Assembly (NCBI GenBank): GCA_964532425.1
Contig: CAZHIA010000008.1
Span: forward strand, 13,224-77,223
DNA from: an uncultured Candidatus Saccharibacteria bacterium
GTDB taxonomy: Bacteria; Patescibacteriota; Doudnabacteria; UBA920
Length of the DNA stretch: 64,000 bases
Direction: 5' to 3'
This document shows, piece after piece, positions 54,754-64,000 of the stretch (position 1 is its first letter; each line of letters begins with the position of its first letter). Under the pieces are notes generated by a model, which was not told the origin of the DNA, made no database searches, and saw only the letters and a list, made by a program, of their open reading frames with translations. The position numbers and the translations under genes are program-made.

Positions 54754-56766
54754 ATGAGCAATAAGAAGCCCCTGGCGGTGCTGTTTCTCTCGGCCTGTGT
54801 TGTGGCCGGGATGGTAGCGCTCCAGGTCCAGGCTGCCAGCACCCCAAAAGCGGCAGTGAAAAAAACGTCTGTCTCTGGCGTGGTAAAATTCACCAGCACT
54901 GCGGACTTTAAGAATTATCTGGCCAAGTCCCGCAATGTTACCGGCGGGGGAGGGTTCGGCATGTCCCGGTCCGGAGGTTTAGCTCTTCCGACTATGGCCC
55001 TGGAAGCAGCGCCGGCTCCAAGCGCTTTTGCTGCCAACTCTAAATCAGACAGTATGGTCGGCAGCGCCGGAGCTACTCAGTACTCCCAGACCAATGTGCA
55101 AGTTGCCGGCATTGATGAGCCGGACATTGTTAAAACCGATGGACAATCCATTTTCTTCTCGCAGCAAGGGTATGGCTATATGTACGACTACATGCCATCG
55201 CCTACGCTTAAGGTCGGTTCCGCGGAAGCGGTTATGCCGCCGGGTTATCAGTCCGGCGGGACCCGTGTTATTGATGCCTTGCCTGCCCAGGACGCCAAAG
55301 TTGATTTTACAATCAGCAAGACGGGGCAATTGCTGCTTTCCGGCAACAACCTGCTGGTCTTTGATTATGATAAAGTCTACGGCTACGACGTGACAGACCG
55401 CTCAAACCCCAAACAGGTCTGGAGCGTTAAGTACGAGAATAGCAACAGTATGGTCTCGGCCCGGCTTTCGAACGGCAAGATCTATCTGGTGACAAAGGGA
55501 AATATCCGCCAGTCCGCGCCGTGCCCAATGCAACCGCTCTCTGCTAACGGAACCATGATCGCCATCCCGTGCACCGGCATATACCATCCGGTCAGTCCGG
55601 TACCGAGCCCGGTGGTCTTTACAGCGTTCGTTATCAACCCTTCTTCCGGTGCAGTAGAGAATAAAGTATCATTCGTGGGCTCGGATAGCCAACCGCTGGT
55701 CTATATGTCAGACGGTTCGCTCTATGTTACATATGCCCTGCCGGAACAGACCTTAAAACTCATGATCGATTTCTTAAAGCAGCGCGCTCAGGACTTGGTG
55801 CCCGGTGACGTGATTGCCCGGCTCGACAGACTGAATGGGTACGATATCAGCGACAGCTCGAAATTGAACGAAATGACTCTTATCTTGGACCAATATGAGA
55901 GCGGGCTGAGTGACGACGACCGTAGCCGTATGGATACAGAGCTGCAGAACCGCATGCAGGATTTTGCCAAAGCGCACAAGCGCGATTTGGGTCAGACCGG
56001 GATTGTCAGAATTAATTTGGGAAACTTTGCCGTCGCGGCTTCCGGCAGCGTGCCGGGAACGCCGCTCAACCAGTTCTCGCTTGATGAGTACCAAGGGTAC
56101 CTGCGCGTGGCTACGACCGTAGGTGGTAATTGGTCTTCCTTGTGGCGCATGGGCCGGGTGGAGTCGGCTAACGACGTATATGTACTCGACGGTAATTTGA
56201 AGACAGCGGGACAGATTCAGGATTTGGGGGTGACCGAACGTATTTATTCCGCCCGTTTCATCGGCGACCGCGGCTACCTCGTAACCTTCCGCCAGACTGA
56301 TCCATTCTATGTCTTGGACTTGAGCCGTCCATCGGCTCCGGTCATGGCCGGCGAGCTCAAGATCCCGGGTTTCTCATCGTACTTGCATCCGCTGGCGCCG
56401 AACCGCATCCTGGGAGTGGGAATGGAAAATTCCAAGGTCAAGCTGTCGCTCTTTGATGTCAGTGACCCGAAAAATCCATCCGAGATCTCGAAATATTCAC
56501 TGGATGCCTACTGGACCGACGTATCTAACGATCACCATGTCTTCCTACAGGATGAACGCCATCATATTTTCTTCATCCCGGGAGGGGACAAGGGGTATGT
56601 ACTTAGCTATGAAGGCGATCAGATCAAGCTTAACAAGGTCATTAGCAGCATCCAGGCCAAGCGCGCCGTGTATGTCGGCGATTATCTCTACATTCTTGGT
56701 TCCGACAAGATGGTCGTCGTCGACGAACAGAGTTGGGACAAGGTTAAGGAAGTGAGTCTGGATTAG
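54754..56766 (+). CDS. secreted beta-propeller-domain protein (COG4880-like)
   Basis: Signal peptide. The C-terminal region, with repeated hydrophobic-strand motifs (YVLD, YLVT, YVLS, YILG) and FDVSDPKNP, resembles the COG4880 secreted propeller family common in archaea and small-genome bacteria. Confidence 0.5.
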   Translation: MSNKKPLAVLFLSACVVAGMVALQVQAASTPKAAVKKTSVSGVVKFTSTADFKNYLAKSRNVTGGGGFGMSRSGGLALPTMALEAAPAPSAFAANSKSDSMVGSAGATQYSQTNVQVAGIDEPDIVKTDGQSIFFSQQGYGYMYDYMPSPTLKVGSAEAVMPPGYQSGGTRVIDALPAQDAKVDFTISKTGQLLLSGNNLLVFDYDKVYGYDVTDRSNPKQVWSVKYENSNSMVSARLSNGKIYLVTKGNIRQSAPCPMQPLSANGTMIAIPCTGIYHPVSPVPSPVVFTAFVINPSSGAVENKVSFVGSDSQPLVYMSDGSLYVTYALPEQTLKLMIDFLKQRAQDLVPGDVIARLDRLNGYDISDSSKLNEMTLILDQYESGLSDDDRSRMDTELQNRMQDFAKAHKRDLGQTGIVRINLGNFAVAASGSVPGTPLNQFSLDEYQGYLRVATTVGGNWSSLWRMGRVESANDVYVLDGNLKTAGQIQDLGVTERIYSARFIGDRGYLVTFRQTDPFYVLDLSRPSAPVMAGELKIPGFSSYLHPLAPNRILGVGMENSKVKLSLFDVSDPKNPSEISKYSLDAYWTDVSNDHHVFLQDERHHIFFIPGGDKGYVLSYEGDQIKLNKVISSIQAKRAVYVGDYLYILGSDKMVVVDEQSWDKVKEVSLD

Positions 56767-56774
56767 ACTCAACA

Positions 56775-56806
56775 AAAACACCCTCTTGAATAAGAGGGTG
56801 TTTTTA
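56775..56806 (+). terminator. rho-independent terminator
   Basis: aaaaacaccctctt-gaat-aagagggtgttttt. Confidence 0.6.
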
Positions 56807-56921
56807 GTATGTTGAGATGTTTTGTAGTGCAAGCCCGTGGCCTGCCCCCGTCGGTTGTCAACTCCGACGCAAGGTCGGAGTCCCGACTAAAGCGTCGGGG
56901 TTATCATCTCTTGTCCTCATT

Positions 56922-57320
56922 CTACCACGTCACGCTTGGGCCGATAGTGAAGAGGCGCTTGATGCGGTTGGACAGCGTGCCGAAATTAATGTCCGATTTC
57001 ACGAAGTACTCTTCAATGTGGTACTGGTTGGCTTTGTCCATGGAAGCCTGATCGCTTAAATTGCTTACCACCACTACCGGAATGTGGGCCAGTTCTTGCT
57101 CGGGCATGGCACGAAGCTTTTCCAGAACGCCGAAACCGTCGAGTTTCGGCAGGAGCAGGTCAAGTACAATGGCATCCGGGCGGTTGGCGGCGATTTGGGC
57201 AATAGCGTCTTCCCCGTCTTCGGCAGAGGTAATGACATACTCATCGATGAGCTGGTCAATAATGATCTTGCGAAGTTCTGCATCATCCTCCACGACCAAT
57301 ATCTTTTTATTGAGATCCAT
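56922..57320 (-). CDS. stand-alone response-regulator receiver (CheY-like REC) domain protein
   Basis: ILVVEDD...D (phospho-acceptor in IVLDLLLP), T/S and K positions. 132 aa, no output domain. Confidence 0.8.
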   Translation of the reverse strand: MDLNKKILVVEDDAELRKIIIDQLIDEYVITSAEDGEDAIAQIAANRPDAIVLDLLLPKLDGFGVLEKLRAMPEQELAHIPVVVVSNLSDQASMDKANQYHIEEYFVKSDINFGTLSNRIKRLFTIGPSVTW

Positions 57321-57400
57321 ATGATTATGTAGGCCTTTTATCTGATAGCTAAAGCTGTTTGTATTTTACCGCGAAATACCAGAATAGGGAAGTTGGGTGT

Positions 57401-57916
57401 TTACGACTCGTGCCGCCGGTCTTCGACTCCGAGGCTACGCAAGCTCGAGGAGCGGACCAGCCGGTATTCGTGCCAGGTCAGCGCCACGACTAGAAAATCC
57501 AATATGGTTAGCACCGAGATCGTTAGGGTGGGAGTACGCCAATAGGCGACCGTTTGGTACACGCCAAACCCGGTAAAAAGGATGAGTCCCAAAGGATACG
57601 CCCAGAGCCGGTTCTTGAGCAGGTTTGTGGCAATGAAGATTTTAGTAATACCGTGGGAGAGGAGGAACAAGACAACAAAACTACCGGAGGTTGCCGGTAT
57701 ATGGCCGAGCCGGATCAATGAATTGGCTACGAAGTCGCTCGGGTCCTCGGCAAGTTCTGTCGCTGTCAAGCCGCGCAATAACCGGTTGATTGCAGCCGGA
57801 CCAGCCAGCCAAAATGCAAGTCCGGCAGCGGTTTGCACGAGTCCGTCAATCAACTTTAGTATAATGCCGGCGTCGAATAATTTCCGTAGATATTTTTCTT
57901 GTCGTGGCTTTGTCAT
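57401..57916 (-). CDS. hypothetical membrane protein (DUF2127-like)
   Basis: 171 aa with 4 predicted TM helices. Confidence 0.45.
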   Translation of the reverse strand: MTKPRQEKYLRKLFDAGIILKLIDGLVQTAAGLAFWLAGPAAINRLLRGLTATELAEDPSDFVANSLIRLGHIPATSGSFVVLFLLSHGITKIFIATNLLKNRLWAYPLGLILFTGFGVYQTVAYWRTPTLTISVLTILDFLVVALTWHEYRLVRSSSLRSLGVEDRRHES

Positions 57917-58437
57917 GGCTGCTTTTGGAGGAGGCCAATTCTTTTCAGGATTGTTTGGCCTAATAGGCTATGTTTCAGTGTGATAAAACTTATGACGCAA
58001 GCCAAAATAGCCAGGACCATGCTAGCCAGAACGTCTACGGGGTGGTGAATCCCGGCCAAGACCCGCGAGAGTGCAACCAGTGCGGTCAGAATCCAGAGTA
58101 CCCAGCTGAGCTTACGGCTATACGGGAAGACCAGCGAAGCAATGGTGGCGCTGAGAATCGTATGATCAGAAGGGAAACCGTTGTCAGCCGCGTGGGGAAT
58201 GAGCGGGGTAAAATGTCCTGTAACGAACGGCCGCGGATTATAATATATGAGTGCTGCTAACTTGAGTAGGATAAAAGCTAGTGGAAGAGTTATTATTGCT
58301 AGAATAGCCAGTTCTTTTTGCCGGGCTCTCTGCAAGGTAAAGAACCATGCAGCAGCCAGCGCAATGATGACGAGAAACAAATATTTGGCTCCGAAAATAA
58401 TGAGCGTTGGTGCGAGGGTAATCATAGTATCTTTCAA
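57913..58437 (-). CDS. PAP2-family phosphatase (undecaprenyl-diphosphatase-like)
   Basis: PAP2 motifs: PSDH (PSGH variant) and SRVLAGIHHPVDV (SRxxxxxHxxxD). 5-6 TM helices. Confidence 0.7.
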   Translation of the reverse strand: MKDTMITLAPTLIIFGAKYLFLVIIALAAAWFFTLQRARQKELAILAIITLPLAFILLKLAALIYYNPRPFVTGHFTPLIPHAADNGFPSDHTILSATIASLVFPYSRKLSWVLWILTALVALSRVLAGIHHPVDVLASMVLAILACVISFITLKHSLLGQTILKRIGLLQKQP

Positions 58438-58487
58438 ATGGGATAATAGGAGAATATCCTATATGACGCATGACTTCAAGGGTTTTT

Positions 58488-58560
58488 GTCACCCCTCCAT
58501 GGTCACCATGGAGGGGGATAGAAAACCCCTCTCTTTTACAAAGAGAGGGGGTAGGGGCTG
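58488..58560 (-). terminator. two tandem perfect hairpins (cccctccatgg-tca-ccatggagggg; cccctctcttt-tacaa-agagagggg) downstream of the MliC-like gene
   Basis: Read directly. On the minus strand the second hairpin is followed by ttttct. Confidence 0.5.
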
Positions 58561-58609
58561 TGCCCTGTACCGGAATCCGCCTGAGGCGGATGACTGGTGC
58601 AGGGTGAAT

Positions 58610-59122
58610 TTATGGTTTGACCGTGCAGTCCTTGAATGTTTGTACGCCGTTCTCTTCCAGGAAGGCAGTATCGCCTTTATTCCAGAAGACCTGAGTCTCG
58701 TCGCTATTGGCATAGCGGGCGCCGGAAGCGGATATGGCAATAGGCAGTGTCAGCTTCCTGCCATCACTGAGCGTAAGGTCCACCTTGGCTGACGGTTCGC
58801 TTTCATATACGGCGGTCATATATTTTTTCCCGGTACAGACAAAACCAACCGGCGTCGAGGGGTTGCAGGCTTCTTCCCACGAACGCAAACATTTTTGCTT
58901 GGTTTCGCACCATTGGTAGCCAGCAGAGCCAATACAGCCGTGGCTGTCGCGGTCATTGCCAACCATTTGATTTTCCTGCACAGGAGTTTTTTTGGGGAAC
59001 GAGCTGGCGTCGACCGCTACGGAACTTAGGTCAGCTTGTTTGCGGACATAGTAGTAGGTGCCGCATGCTGCTGCGATGACGCCGACAATAATAAGGACTG
59101 TTACTGATATTTTTTTATGCAT
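58610..59122 (-). CDS. membrane-anchored MliC-like (C-type lysozyme inhibitor) protein with N-terminal DRDxHGCIGSAGYQWC module
   Basis: MHKKISVTVLIIVGVIAAACG anchor. The C-terminal ISASGARYANSDETQVFWNKGDTAFLEENG matches the MliC/PliC SxSGAxY...FWxKGxEA signature. The 526-aa ORF 58610-60190 is an over-extension through the opposite-strand CDF gene. Confidence 0.6.
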   Translation of the reverse strand: MHKKISVTVLIIVGVIAAACGTYYYVRKQADLSSVAVDASSFPKKTPVQENQMVGNDRDSHGCIGSAGYQWCETKQKCLRSWEEACNPSTPVGFVCTGKKYMTAVYESEPSAKVDLTLSDGRKLTLPIAISASGARYANSDETQVFWNKGDTAFLEENGVQTFKDCTVKP

Positions 59123-59236
59123 TTTGGTTTCTGGTGTTATTGGTTCACTGGTAGTATAGCGCAAAAATATTATTGGTAAAACCTCTTGCATTGCTTGGGA
59201 ATTTGCAGTATAGTATATGGTCTTAAGGAGGGCATT

Positions 59237-60193
59237 ATGGAAAACAGGCTGGACAGGGTCCAGAACGTCCTGGTCTGGACGTTTGTCATGAATGCAACCG
59301 TGTGTGTGATCAAAATTGTCCTTGGCCTTGCCACCGGAGTCATGGCTATTACTGCCGATGGTCTCCATTCGCTGGGGGATACGCTTTCCAACATTGTCGG
59401 ATTCGTCGGTATCCGTTTGGCCAAGCGCAAGCCGGACAATCATCACGGGTACGGCTATGAGCGGTTCGAGGCCGTGGCCACGCTGGCGATTGTTGCATTG
59501 ATCTCCATCACCTGCTACAAGGTGTTTGAAGGCGGATTCACCCGGCTCATTCATCCGGTGTCGGTGCGGATTGAACCGTTCATGCTGGCGGTCATGCTGG
59601 CGTCTATGGCCATAAATGTACTGACCGTGGTCTACGAGGGCGGGGCTGGCAAAAAATATCATAGCCCGCTGCTCATTGCAGACAGCAATGAAACGAAAGG
59701 GGACCTGTGGGTATCGGGCGGGGTCATTGCCAGTACCTACGTAGTCAGCCTGACTGGCTGGATGCGACTTGACGGGCTCGTTGCCGTCGGTATCGGGTTC
59801 CTTATTGTGCGCGTCATTTGGGAAATTATCGTGCCGACGGCCGAACAGCTGGCAGATGCGCAAGCAGTCGAGCCGTCGGAAGTTCTCTCGGCTGCCATGG
59901 CAGTGCCCGACGTACGGTTTTGCCATGCTATCCGTTCCCGCGGCAGCAAAGAAGCATTCTTTCTTGACCTTCACCTTGGGGTGGACCGGCGCATGACCAT
60001 CGAAGAAGCCCATGACCGGGTGTGCCACCAGGTAAAAAAGGCTTTGCACGAACAGTTCCCCGGCCTGAAGAGCGCGATGGTGCACATAGAGCCTGACAAC
60101 GAAGCTGGTCGGTTGCGTGGCAACAGCGTATTTCGCGACCGCGACCAGTATGGACTCGAGGAGTCTCATATCCCGGCAGCACAGCCGCACTAG
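59237..60193 (+). CDS. cation diffusion facilitator (CDF) family metal efflux transporter
   Basis: HSLGDTLSN...HHGYGYERFEA metal-site motifs, 6 TM helices and cytoplasmic C-domain. AGGAGG RBS before the ATG at 59237. Confidence 0.8.
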   Translation: MENRLDRVQNVLVWTFVMNATVCVIKIVLGLATGVMAITADGLHSLGDTLSNIVGFVGIRLAKRKPDNHHGYGYERFEAVATLAIVALISITCYKVFEGGFTRLIHPVSVRIEPFMLAVMLASMAINVLTVVYEGGAGKKYHSPLLIADSNETKGDLWVSGGVIASTYVVSLTGWMRLDGLVAVGIGFLIVRVIWEIIVPTAEQLADAQAVEPSEVLSAAMAVPDVRFCHAIRSRGSKEAFFLDLHLGVDRRMTIEEAHDRVCHQVKKALHEQFPGLKSAMVHIEPDNEAGRLRGNSVFRDRDQYGLEESHIPAAQPH

Positions 60194-60218
60194 CTCTGGG
60201 GTATAGGGTGCCCCTATG

Positions 60219-60247
60219 GCCGCCTTGCTTGTAAGGCGGCTTTTTTT
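60219..60247 (+). terminator. rho-independent terminator after the CDF gene
   Basis: gccgcctt-gcttgt-aaggcggc plus T7. Confidence 0.65.
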
Positions 60248-60408
60248 ATTCGCATAATTATGCTATAATATATGTACTTACCGGTGATCCTGTGCTGATG
60301 AGCACGGTACAACCTGTCTTGAAATCAAAGCATAATCTCAACGCCTGGTTCCACTCGCGGTATTTCTTTCCGCCGCTTATTTTGCTCGTACATAATAACA
60401 ATTTAAAA

Positions 60409-60421
60409 TCCCTTTTAGGGA
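60409..60421 (+). promoter_or_regulatory. conserved 5' leader hairpin of paralog 4 (tccct-ttt-aggga), followed by AGAAAAATTAAAAC and 19 nt to the ATG
   Basis: Same element as upstream of the other three paralogs. cataataac, a -10-like box, lies about 10 nt upstream. Confidence 0.45.
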
Positions 60422-60440
60422 AGAAAAATTAAAACATCCT

Positions 60441-63400
60441 ATGCTCAAAAAGCGTTTTTCATGGATGGCTATGCTCTGCCTGGCGCTGGCCGGTCTTTTG
60501 CCGTCCTCGGGTTCGGCTTTGACATTGGCCGATCTGACCGGTACTGTAGCTGCCTCAAGCTATAGTCCCGTGACCGTTACTTCGGCAGCTAACAAGACCA
60601 TCACCATAACAGCCACGCCGCTTTCATACAACAACAGCCAGTGGACATACCAGATTGCCTGGAACCGGGCCAAGAACGCCCAAGGTTCGCTTTATATTTC
60701 GCCGAAGTCCAATGCTTCGACCAAAGTTGTCAGTATAAGTCCGGCTGACCGGGCTGGTTCGTCGTCTGTGGTCCTGCAGCCTTCTACGGCCTATCGTGTG
60801 GAATTCTACAGCTCGCCGAATGCCAAAGGCAGCCTGCTCGTCCGCAAGTATTTCACGACCCGGCAGGCTGACCTGAGCCAGGCTTTTATGCTCAATAGCG
60901 GATCAGCGGGCAGCACCTATTACAACAATAATTCAACTTATTCGGGTCTCTCAGGGAATCTGAATGCAGCAACAGGGAATAGCGCCGTTTCTTCAACGGG
61001 TACAACCGGCCAAGCGCCTGCTTCCTACATGAGCGCCGTGACCATGGCACAGTGGAGCTGTGGCAGCGATGGTACGCACTGTATGGATAAATACGGCACA
61101 CAGGTCGGCCCGGGAATTGGCGCTAATTTGTATGCCAATGGCAGCTGCAGTCCTGACCGGATCACCGGAGCAGGAGTAGCCCAGGGCGGCACCGGCAACC
61201 CGACCTCCAACGTCGGACCAGGATTGGCTTGCAAGGTGCTCAATAAGAATTTTGTCGCTGCGATCGACTATACTGACGGCGGCAAGTGTTTTCACGTCGA
61301 TGATACCGGTACCTACCAGGTGGACTGCGGGATCATGAAAGCCATGACCGGCAGTATTCCTCCACCACTGCCGTCCGGATTCTCTCTGAATTCCATTTTG
61401 AACGCTTCCTTCGATGCCAATACCGGCGGTACATCTGTTGACTGGGGTCAATATCATGCCGAGTGTTCTCAGGTCAAATGGAACGGCCAGAACGGCTACG
61501 TGAACGGTATCCTCTGCGGCGGACCCGGGGCGACGGTGCCGACCAAGCAGCAGCTGGTGGATGCCATCAATCAGCAGTCTGCCGGCATCAACAATGGCAG
61601 TTCTCTTCTCTATAACGCCCAAATTACTCTTGGAGTTGACCAAGGCCGGGCGATTAACCAGTATGGCACCCAGGTCGGCCCGGGCATCGGTGCCAATTTA
61701 TCTGCCAACCCCGCCTGTAATCCGGATGCTATTAACGGGGCTGGTGTGACCCAGGGCGGCACTGGCAACCCGGCGTCCAACGTCGGACCGGGACTGGCCT
61801 GTAAGGTCCTCAACAAGAACTTCATTGCCCAAATGTGGTATAGCGACGCCTCCGGACAGTGCCATCACTTGGATGACACCGGTGACTATGTTATGGATCA
61901 GGCCATTTGTAAATGGGCCAATGGCGGCCATGTGCCTCCGCAGTTACCGGCCGGCTATTCCTTAGCTTCGATTATCAACGCCTCCTTTGATGCCAATACC
62001 GGCGGCACATCTGTGGACTGGGGCCAGTACGGCGCCCAGTGCAGCCAGGTGAAGTGGAATGGTACAAGCGGCTATGTGAATGGTATTCTGTGCGGCGGAC
62101 CGGGAGCGACTCGGCCGACCACGCAGCAGCTCATTGATGCTTATAAGCAGCAGGCGGCCGGCATCAATAATGGTAGCTCTATTTTGAGCAATGCCCAGAT
62201 CACATTAGGGGTTGACCAGGGCCGGGCCATAGACCAGTATGGCACCCAGGTCGGTCCGGGCATCGGCGCCAATCTTTATTCGGCGAGCGGCTGCAATCCT
62301 GACAATATCAATGGTGCCGGTGTGACCCAAGGTGGTACCGGCAATCCGGCATCCAACGTCGGGCCGGGCCTAGCCTGCAAAGTGGTCAACAAGAATTTTA
62401 TTGCCCAGATGTGGTATAGCGACAGCCAGGGCAGGTGCCATCACTTGGACGATAATGGTGACTTTGTGCTCGACAATGCCATTTGCACGGGTGTGCTCGG
62501 TCATATGCCGCCGCAGTTGCCAGCTGGCTACTCATTAGCCTCCATAATCAATGCTTCGTTTGATGCCAACACCGGTGGTACTTCCGTGGACTGGAACCAG
62601 TACGGCGCCCAGTGCAGCCAGGTGAAGTGGAATGGCCAGACCGGGTATGTGAACGGTATTCTGTGCGGCGGACCGGGAGCGACGGTACCGACGACTCAAC
62701 AACTTATTACTGCCATCAACCAGCAAGCTGCTGGAGTCAACAATGGCAGTGGCATATTGAATAATGCCATTCATATCCAGGATGATCAGGGTCGCGGCAT
62801 TAACATGTACGGATCCCAGGTCGGGCCGGGCATCGGTCAAAATCTCTACTCTAACTCTAGCTGCAATCCGGACAATATAATCGGTGCGGGCGATCCGAAC
62901 GGCGGCAATGGCGGTAATCCGGCATCGAACGTAGGACCGGGGTTGGCCTGCAAGGTCCTCAACAAGAACTTTATTGCCCAGATGTGGTATACCGACGCCT
63001 CTGGTCAGTGCCATCACTTGGATGATACCGGTGATTATGTGTTCGATGCTTCCATCTGCAAGTGGGCTAATGGCGGAAAACTTCCGCCGCAGTTGCCGTC
63101 CGGATATTCTTTGAGCTCTATTGTGAATGCTTCGTTTGATGCTAATACGACCGGTAACAGCGTTGATTGGTCCCAGTACGGTGCCCAGTGCAGCCAGGTC
63201 CGGTGGAATGGTTCTTCCGGTTACGTGAACGGCATCCTCTGCGGCGGGCCGGGCGCTACTCAGCCGACCACGAGCCAGGTCCAGTCAGGTGCGAATGCGA
63301 CCCAGTCAGGTACCATGCCTGCCGGTTGTCTGCCAGGAATGGTCATGAGTCCGTTCGGACAGCCCTGCAATAGCAGCGGTTCGGGTACCGGCTCAACCGG

Positions 63401-63518
63401 TTATTCGGGTATTGTGCCCGGCACCAGGATCCAGTGCACCTCCGACGCCATGTGCGGCAGCAATAAGTGCATGGGTGCCACGGCGACTATGGCCGGATCC
63501 TGTACCTACCAGCCATAA
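60441..63518 (+). CDS. giant secreted Cys-rich tandem-repeat protein, paralog 4 of 4 (conserved N-domain; 4 x ~190-aa modules YG(T/S)QVGPGIG...NPASNVGPGLACKV...SFDANTGGTSVDW...GYVNGILCGGPGAT; Cys-rich tail)
   Basis: 1025-aa ORF. Signal peptide and N-domain homologous to paralogs 1-3. Repeat period about 570 bp starting near 61090, 61660, 62230 and 62800. Confidence 0.85.
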   Translation: MLKKRFSWMAMLCLALAGLLPSSGSALTLADLTGTVAASSYSPVTVTSAANKTITITATPLSYNNSQWTYQIAWNRAKNAQGSLYISPKSNASTKVVSISPADRAGSSSVVLQPSTAYRVEFYSSPNAKGSLLVRKYFTTRQADLSQAFMLNSGSAGSTYYNNNSTYSGLSGNLNAATGNSAVSSTGTTGQAPASYMSAVTMAQWSCGSDGTHCMDKYGTQVGPGIGANLYANGSCSPDRITGAGVAQGGTGNPTSNVGPGLACKVLNKNFVAAIDYTDGGKCFHVDDTGTYQVDCGIMKAMTGSIPPPLPSGFSLNSILNASFDANTGGTSVDWGQYHAECSQVKWNGQNGYVNGILCGGPGATVPTKQQLVDAINQQSAGINNGSSLLYNAQITLGVDQGRAINQYGTQVGPGIGANLSANPACNPDAINGAGVTQGGTGNPASNVGPGLACKVLNKNFIAQMWYSDASGQCHHLDDTGDYVMDQAICKWANGGHVPPQLPAGYSLASIINASFDANTGGTSVDWGQYGAQCSQVKWNGTSGYVNGILCGGPGATRPTTQQLIDAYKQQAAGINNGSSILSNAQITLGVDQGRAIDQYGTQVGPGIGANLYSASGCNPDNINGAGVTQGGTGNPASNVGPGLACKVVNKNFIAQMWYSDSQGRCHHLDDNGDFVLDNAICTGVLGHMPPQLPAGYSLASIINASFDANTGGTSVDWNQYGAQCSQVKWNGQTGYVNGILCGGPGATVPTTQQLITAINQQAAGVNNGSGILNNAIHIQDDQGRGINMYGSQVGPGIGQNLYSNSSCNPDNIIGAGDPNGGNGGNPASNVGPGLACKVLNKNFIAQMWYTDASGQCHHLDDTGDYVFDASICKWANGGKLPPQLPSGYSLSSIVNASFDANTTGNSVDWSQYGAQCSQVRWNGSSGYVNGILCGGPGATQPTTSQVQSGANATQSGTMPAGCLPGMVMSPFGQPCNSSGSGTGSTGYSGIVPGTRIQCTSDAMCGSNKCMGATATMAGSCTYQP

Positions 63519-63548
63519 TGAATCGGATTATATAAAGCAATGCAACAT

Positions 63549-63581
63549 GCAGGCGCCCGCCTCTGAGTGGGCGCCTGTTTT
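63549..63581 (+). terminator. rho-independent terminator after paralog 4
   Basis: caggcgcccgcc-tctgagt-gggcgcctg plus T-run. Confidence 0.6.
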
Positions 63582-63776
63582 GCTGCATTTGCCTGGAAGG
63601 AGCAAACCGTCGGAATTTGCTTGGGCAGGGGTTGCCAAAATCCGAAAAATGCCTTATACTAGCCAGATATTTCCGCTTGTGAGTATTTGGCGGGAATAAC
63701 ATAAGGAGGATTGTTTGTTTACGGTTCCTCCTCGGGCCTGCTAAGGCTTCTCTATCGTTCCGATCACGGAGACCCA

Positions 63777-64000
63777 ATGAAAGCATTTGTCGCTCTTGCT
63801 GTTTTTTGCTGCTGTTCAACAATGCTTGCCCAAGAGCTGCTCGTGGAAGCTGTCAATGTTTCCAAAGCTCCTGTTGTCTGGGGGCCTCACACCGACCGCA
63901 ATAGCGCGCTGGTGTTTACGACCGGCAACCTGGTTCAGTTCCGAGTTACTAATCTGAATCAGATGAATGCCGCGACGTGCACTCTCAACTCACTCGCTTC
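63777..64000 (+). CDS. 5' end of a secreted protein gene (partial; signal peptide MKAFVALAVFCCCSTMLAQE)
   Basis: ATG with upstream RBS-like sequence (cacggagaccc). Open to the window edge. Confidence 0.4.
   Translation, partial: MKAFVALAVFCCCSTMLAQELLVEAVNVSKAPVVWGPHTDRNSALVFTTGNLVQFRVTNLNQMNAATCTLNSLA

Noticed and set aside
58610-60190. 526-aa minus-strand ORF spanning 58610-60190.
   Set aside because: Its upstream two-thirds is antisense to a well-conserved CDF transporter gene (59237-60193, plus strand). Only the C-terminal 170 aa (MliC-like, 58610-59122, own ATG and TM anchor) look real.
405-63518. Whether the giant proteins are sortase substrates (a sortase is encoded at 48981-49802).
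   Set aside because: None of the four ends with an LPxTG-like motif followed by a hydrophobic segment and basic tail. The internal LPKLPNS / LPTLPNS strings are inside repeat modules, not C-terminal sorting signals.
1-64000. Mobile elements, prophage or defence islands (transposase, integrase, RT, restriction, toxin-antitoxin).
   Set aside because: No ORF shows DDE, tyrosine-recombinase or RT motifs. The patatin-like phospholipase (29979-30818) stands alone, without CBASS or other partner genes. No attachment-site-like direct repeats flank any segment.
1-64000. Alternative genetic code (UGA recoding, as in some small-genome lineages).
   Set aside because: Long, conserved ORFs terminate with TAA/TAG/TGA. 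Well-known proteins (eno, pyk, rpoD, dnaG) are full length under code 11 without in-frame stops.

Overview
This 64-kb bacterial contig (about 50% GC, standard genetic code; long ORFs end in TAA/TAG/TGA) is dense with recognisable genes on both strands. It carries: the dnaG-rpoD pair; tRNA-Ser(GGA); a lower-glycolysis/fermentation cluster (gpmI, glycerate kinase, D-lactate dehydrogenase-like, eno, pyk, ppsA); a eukaryote-type GSII glutamine synthetase; archaeal-flavoured genes (endonuclease Q, two TrmB-family regulators, a COG4880-like secreted beta-propeller); an orphan radical SAM/SPASM enzyme; and many envelope or secreted proteins (tandem CAP-domain protein, LysM protein, sortase, MliC-like protein, PAP2, UbiA, CDF, SemiSWEET, TonB-dependent receptor). 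The outstanding content is a family of four paralogous 2.6-3.1 kb genes (405-3137, 3872-6469, 44892-47903, 60441-63518). Each encodes a giant secreted protein built from a signal peptide, a conserved ~130-aa N-terminal domain, four or more tandem ~150-190-aa Cys-containing repeat modules and a Cys-rich tail. Each gene is preceded by a conserved -10 box plus 5' leader hairpin. One gene contains a perfect 945-bp internal tandem duplication. No CRISPR array, transposase or integrase is visible. The taxonomic signal is mixed: archaeal-like TrmB, EndoQ, COG4880 propeller and sortase on one side, outer-membrane-type TonB receptor and MliC on the other. I therefore flag the TonB region as possibly foreign and do not assign a phylum.
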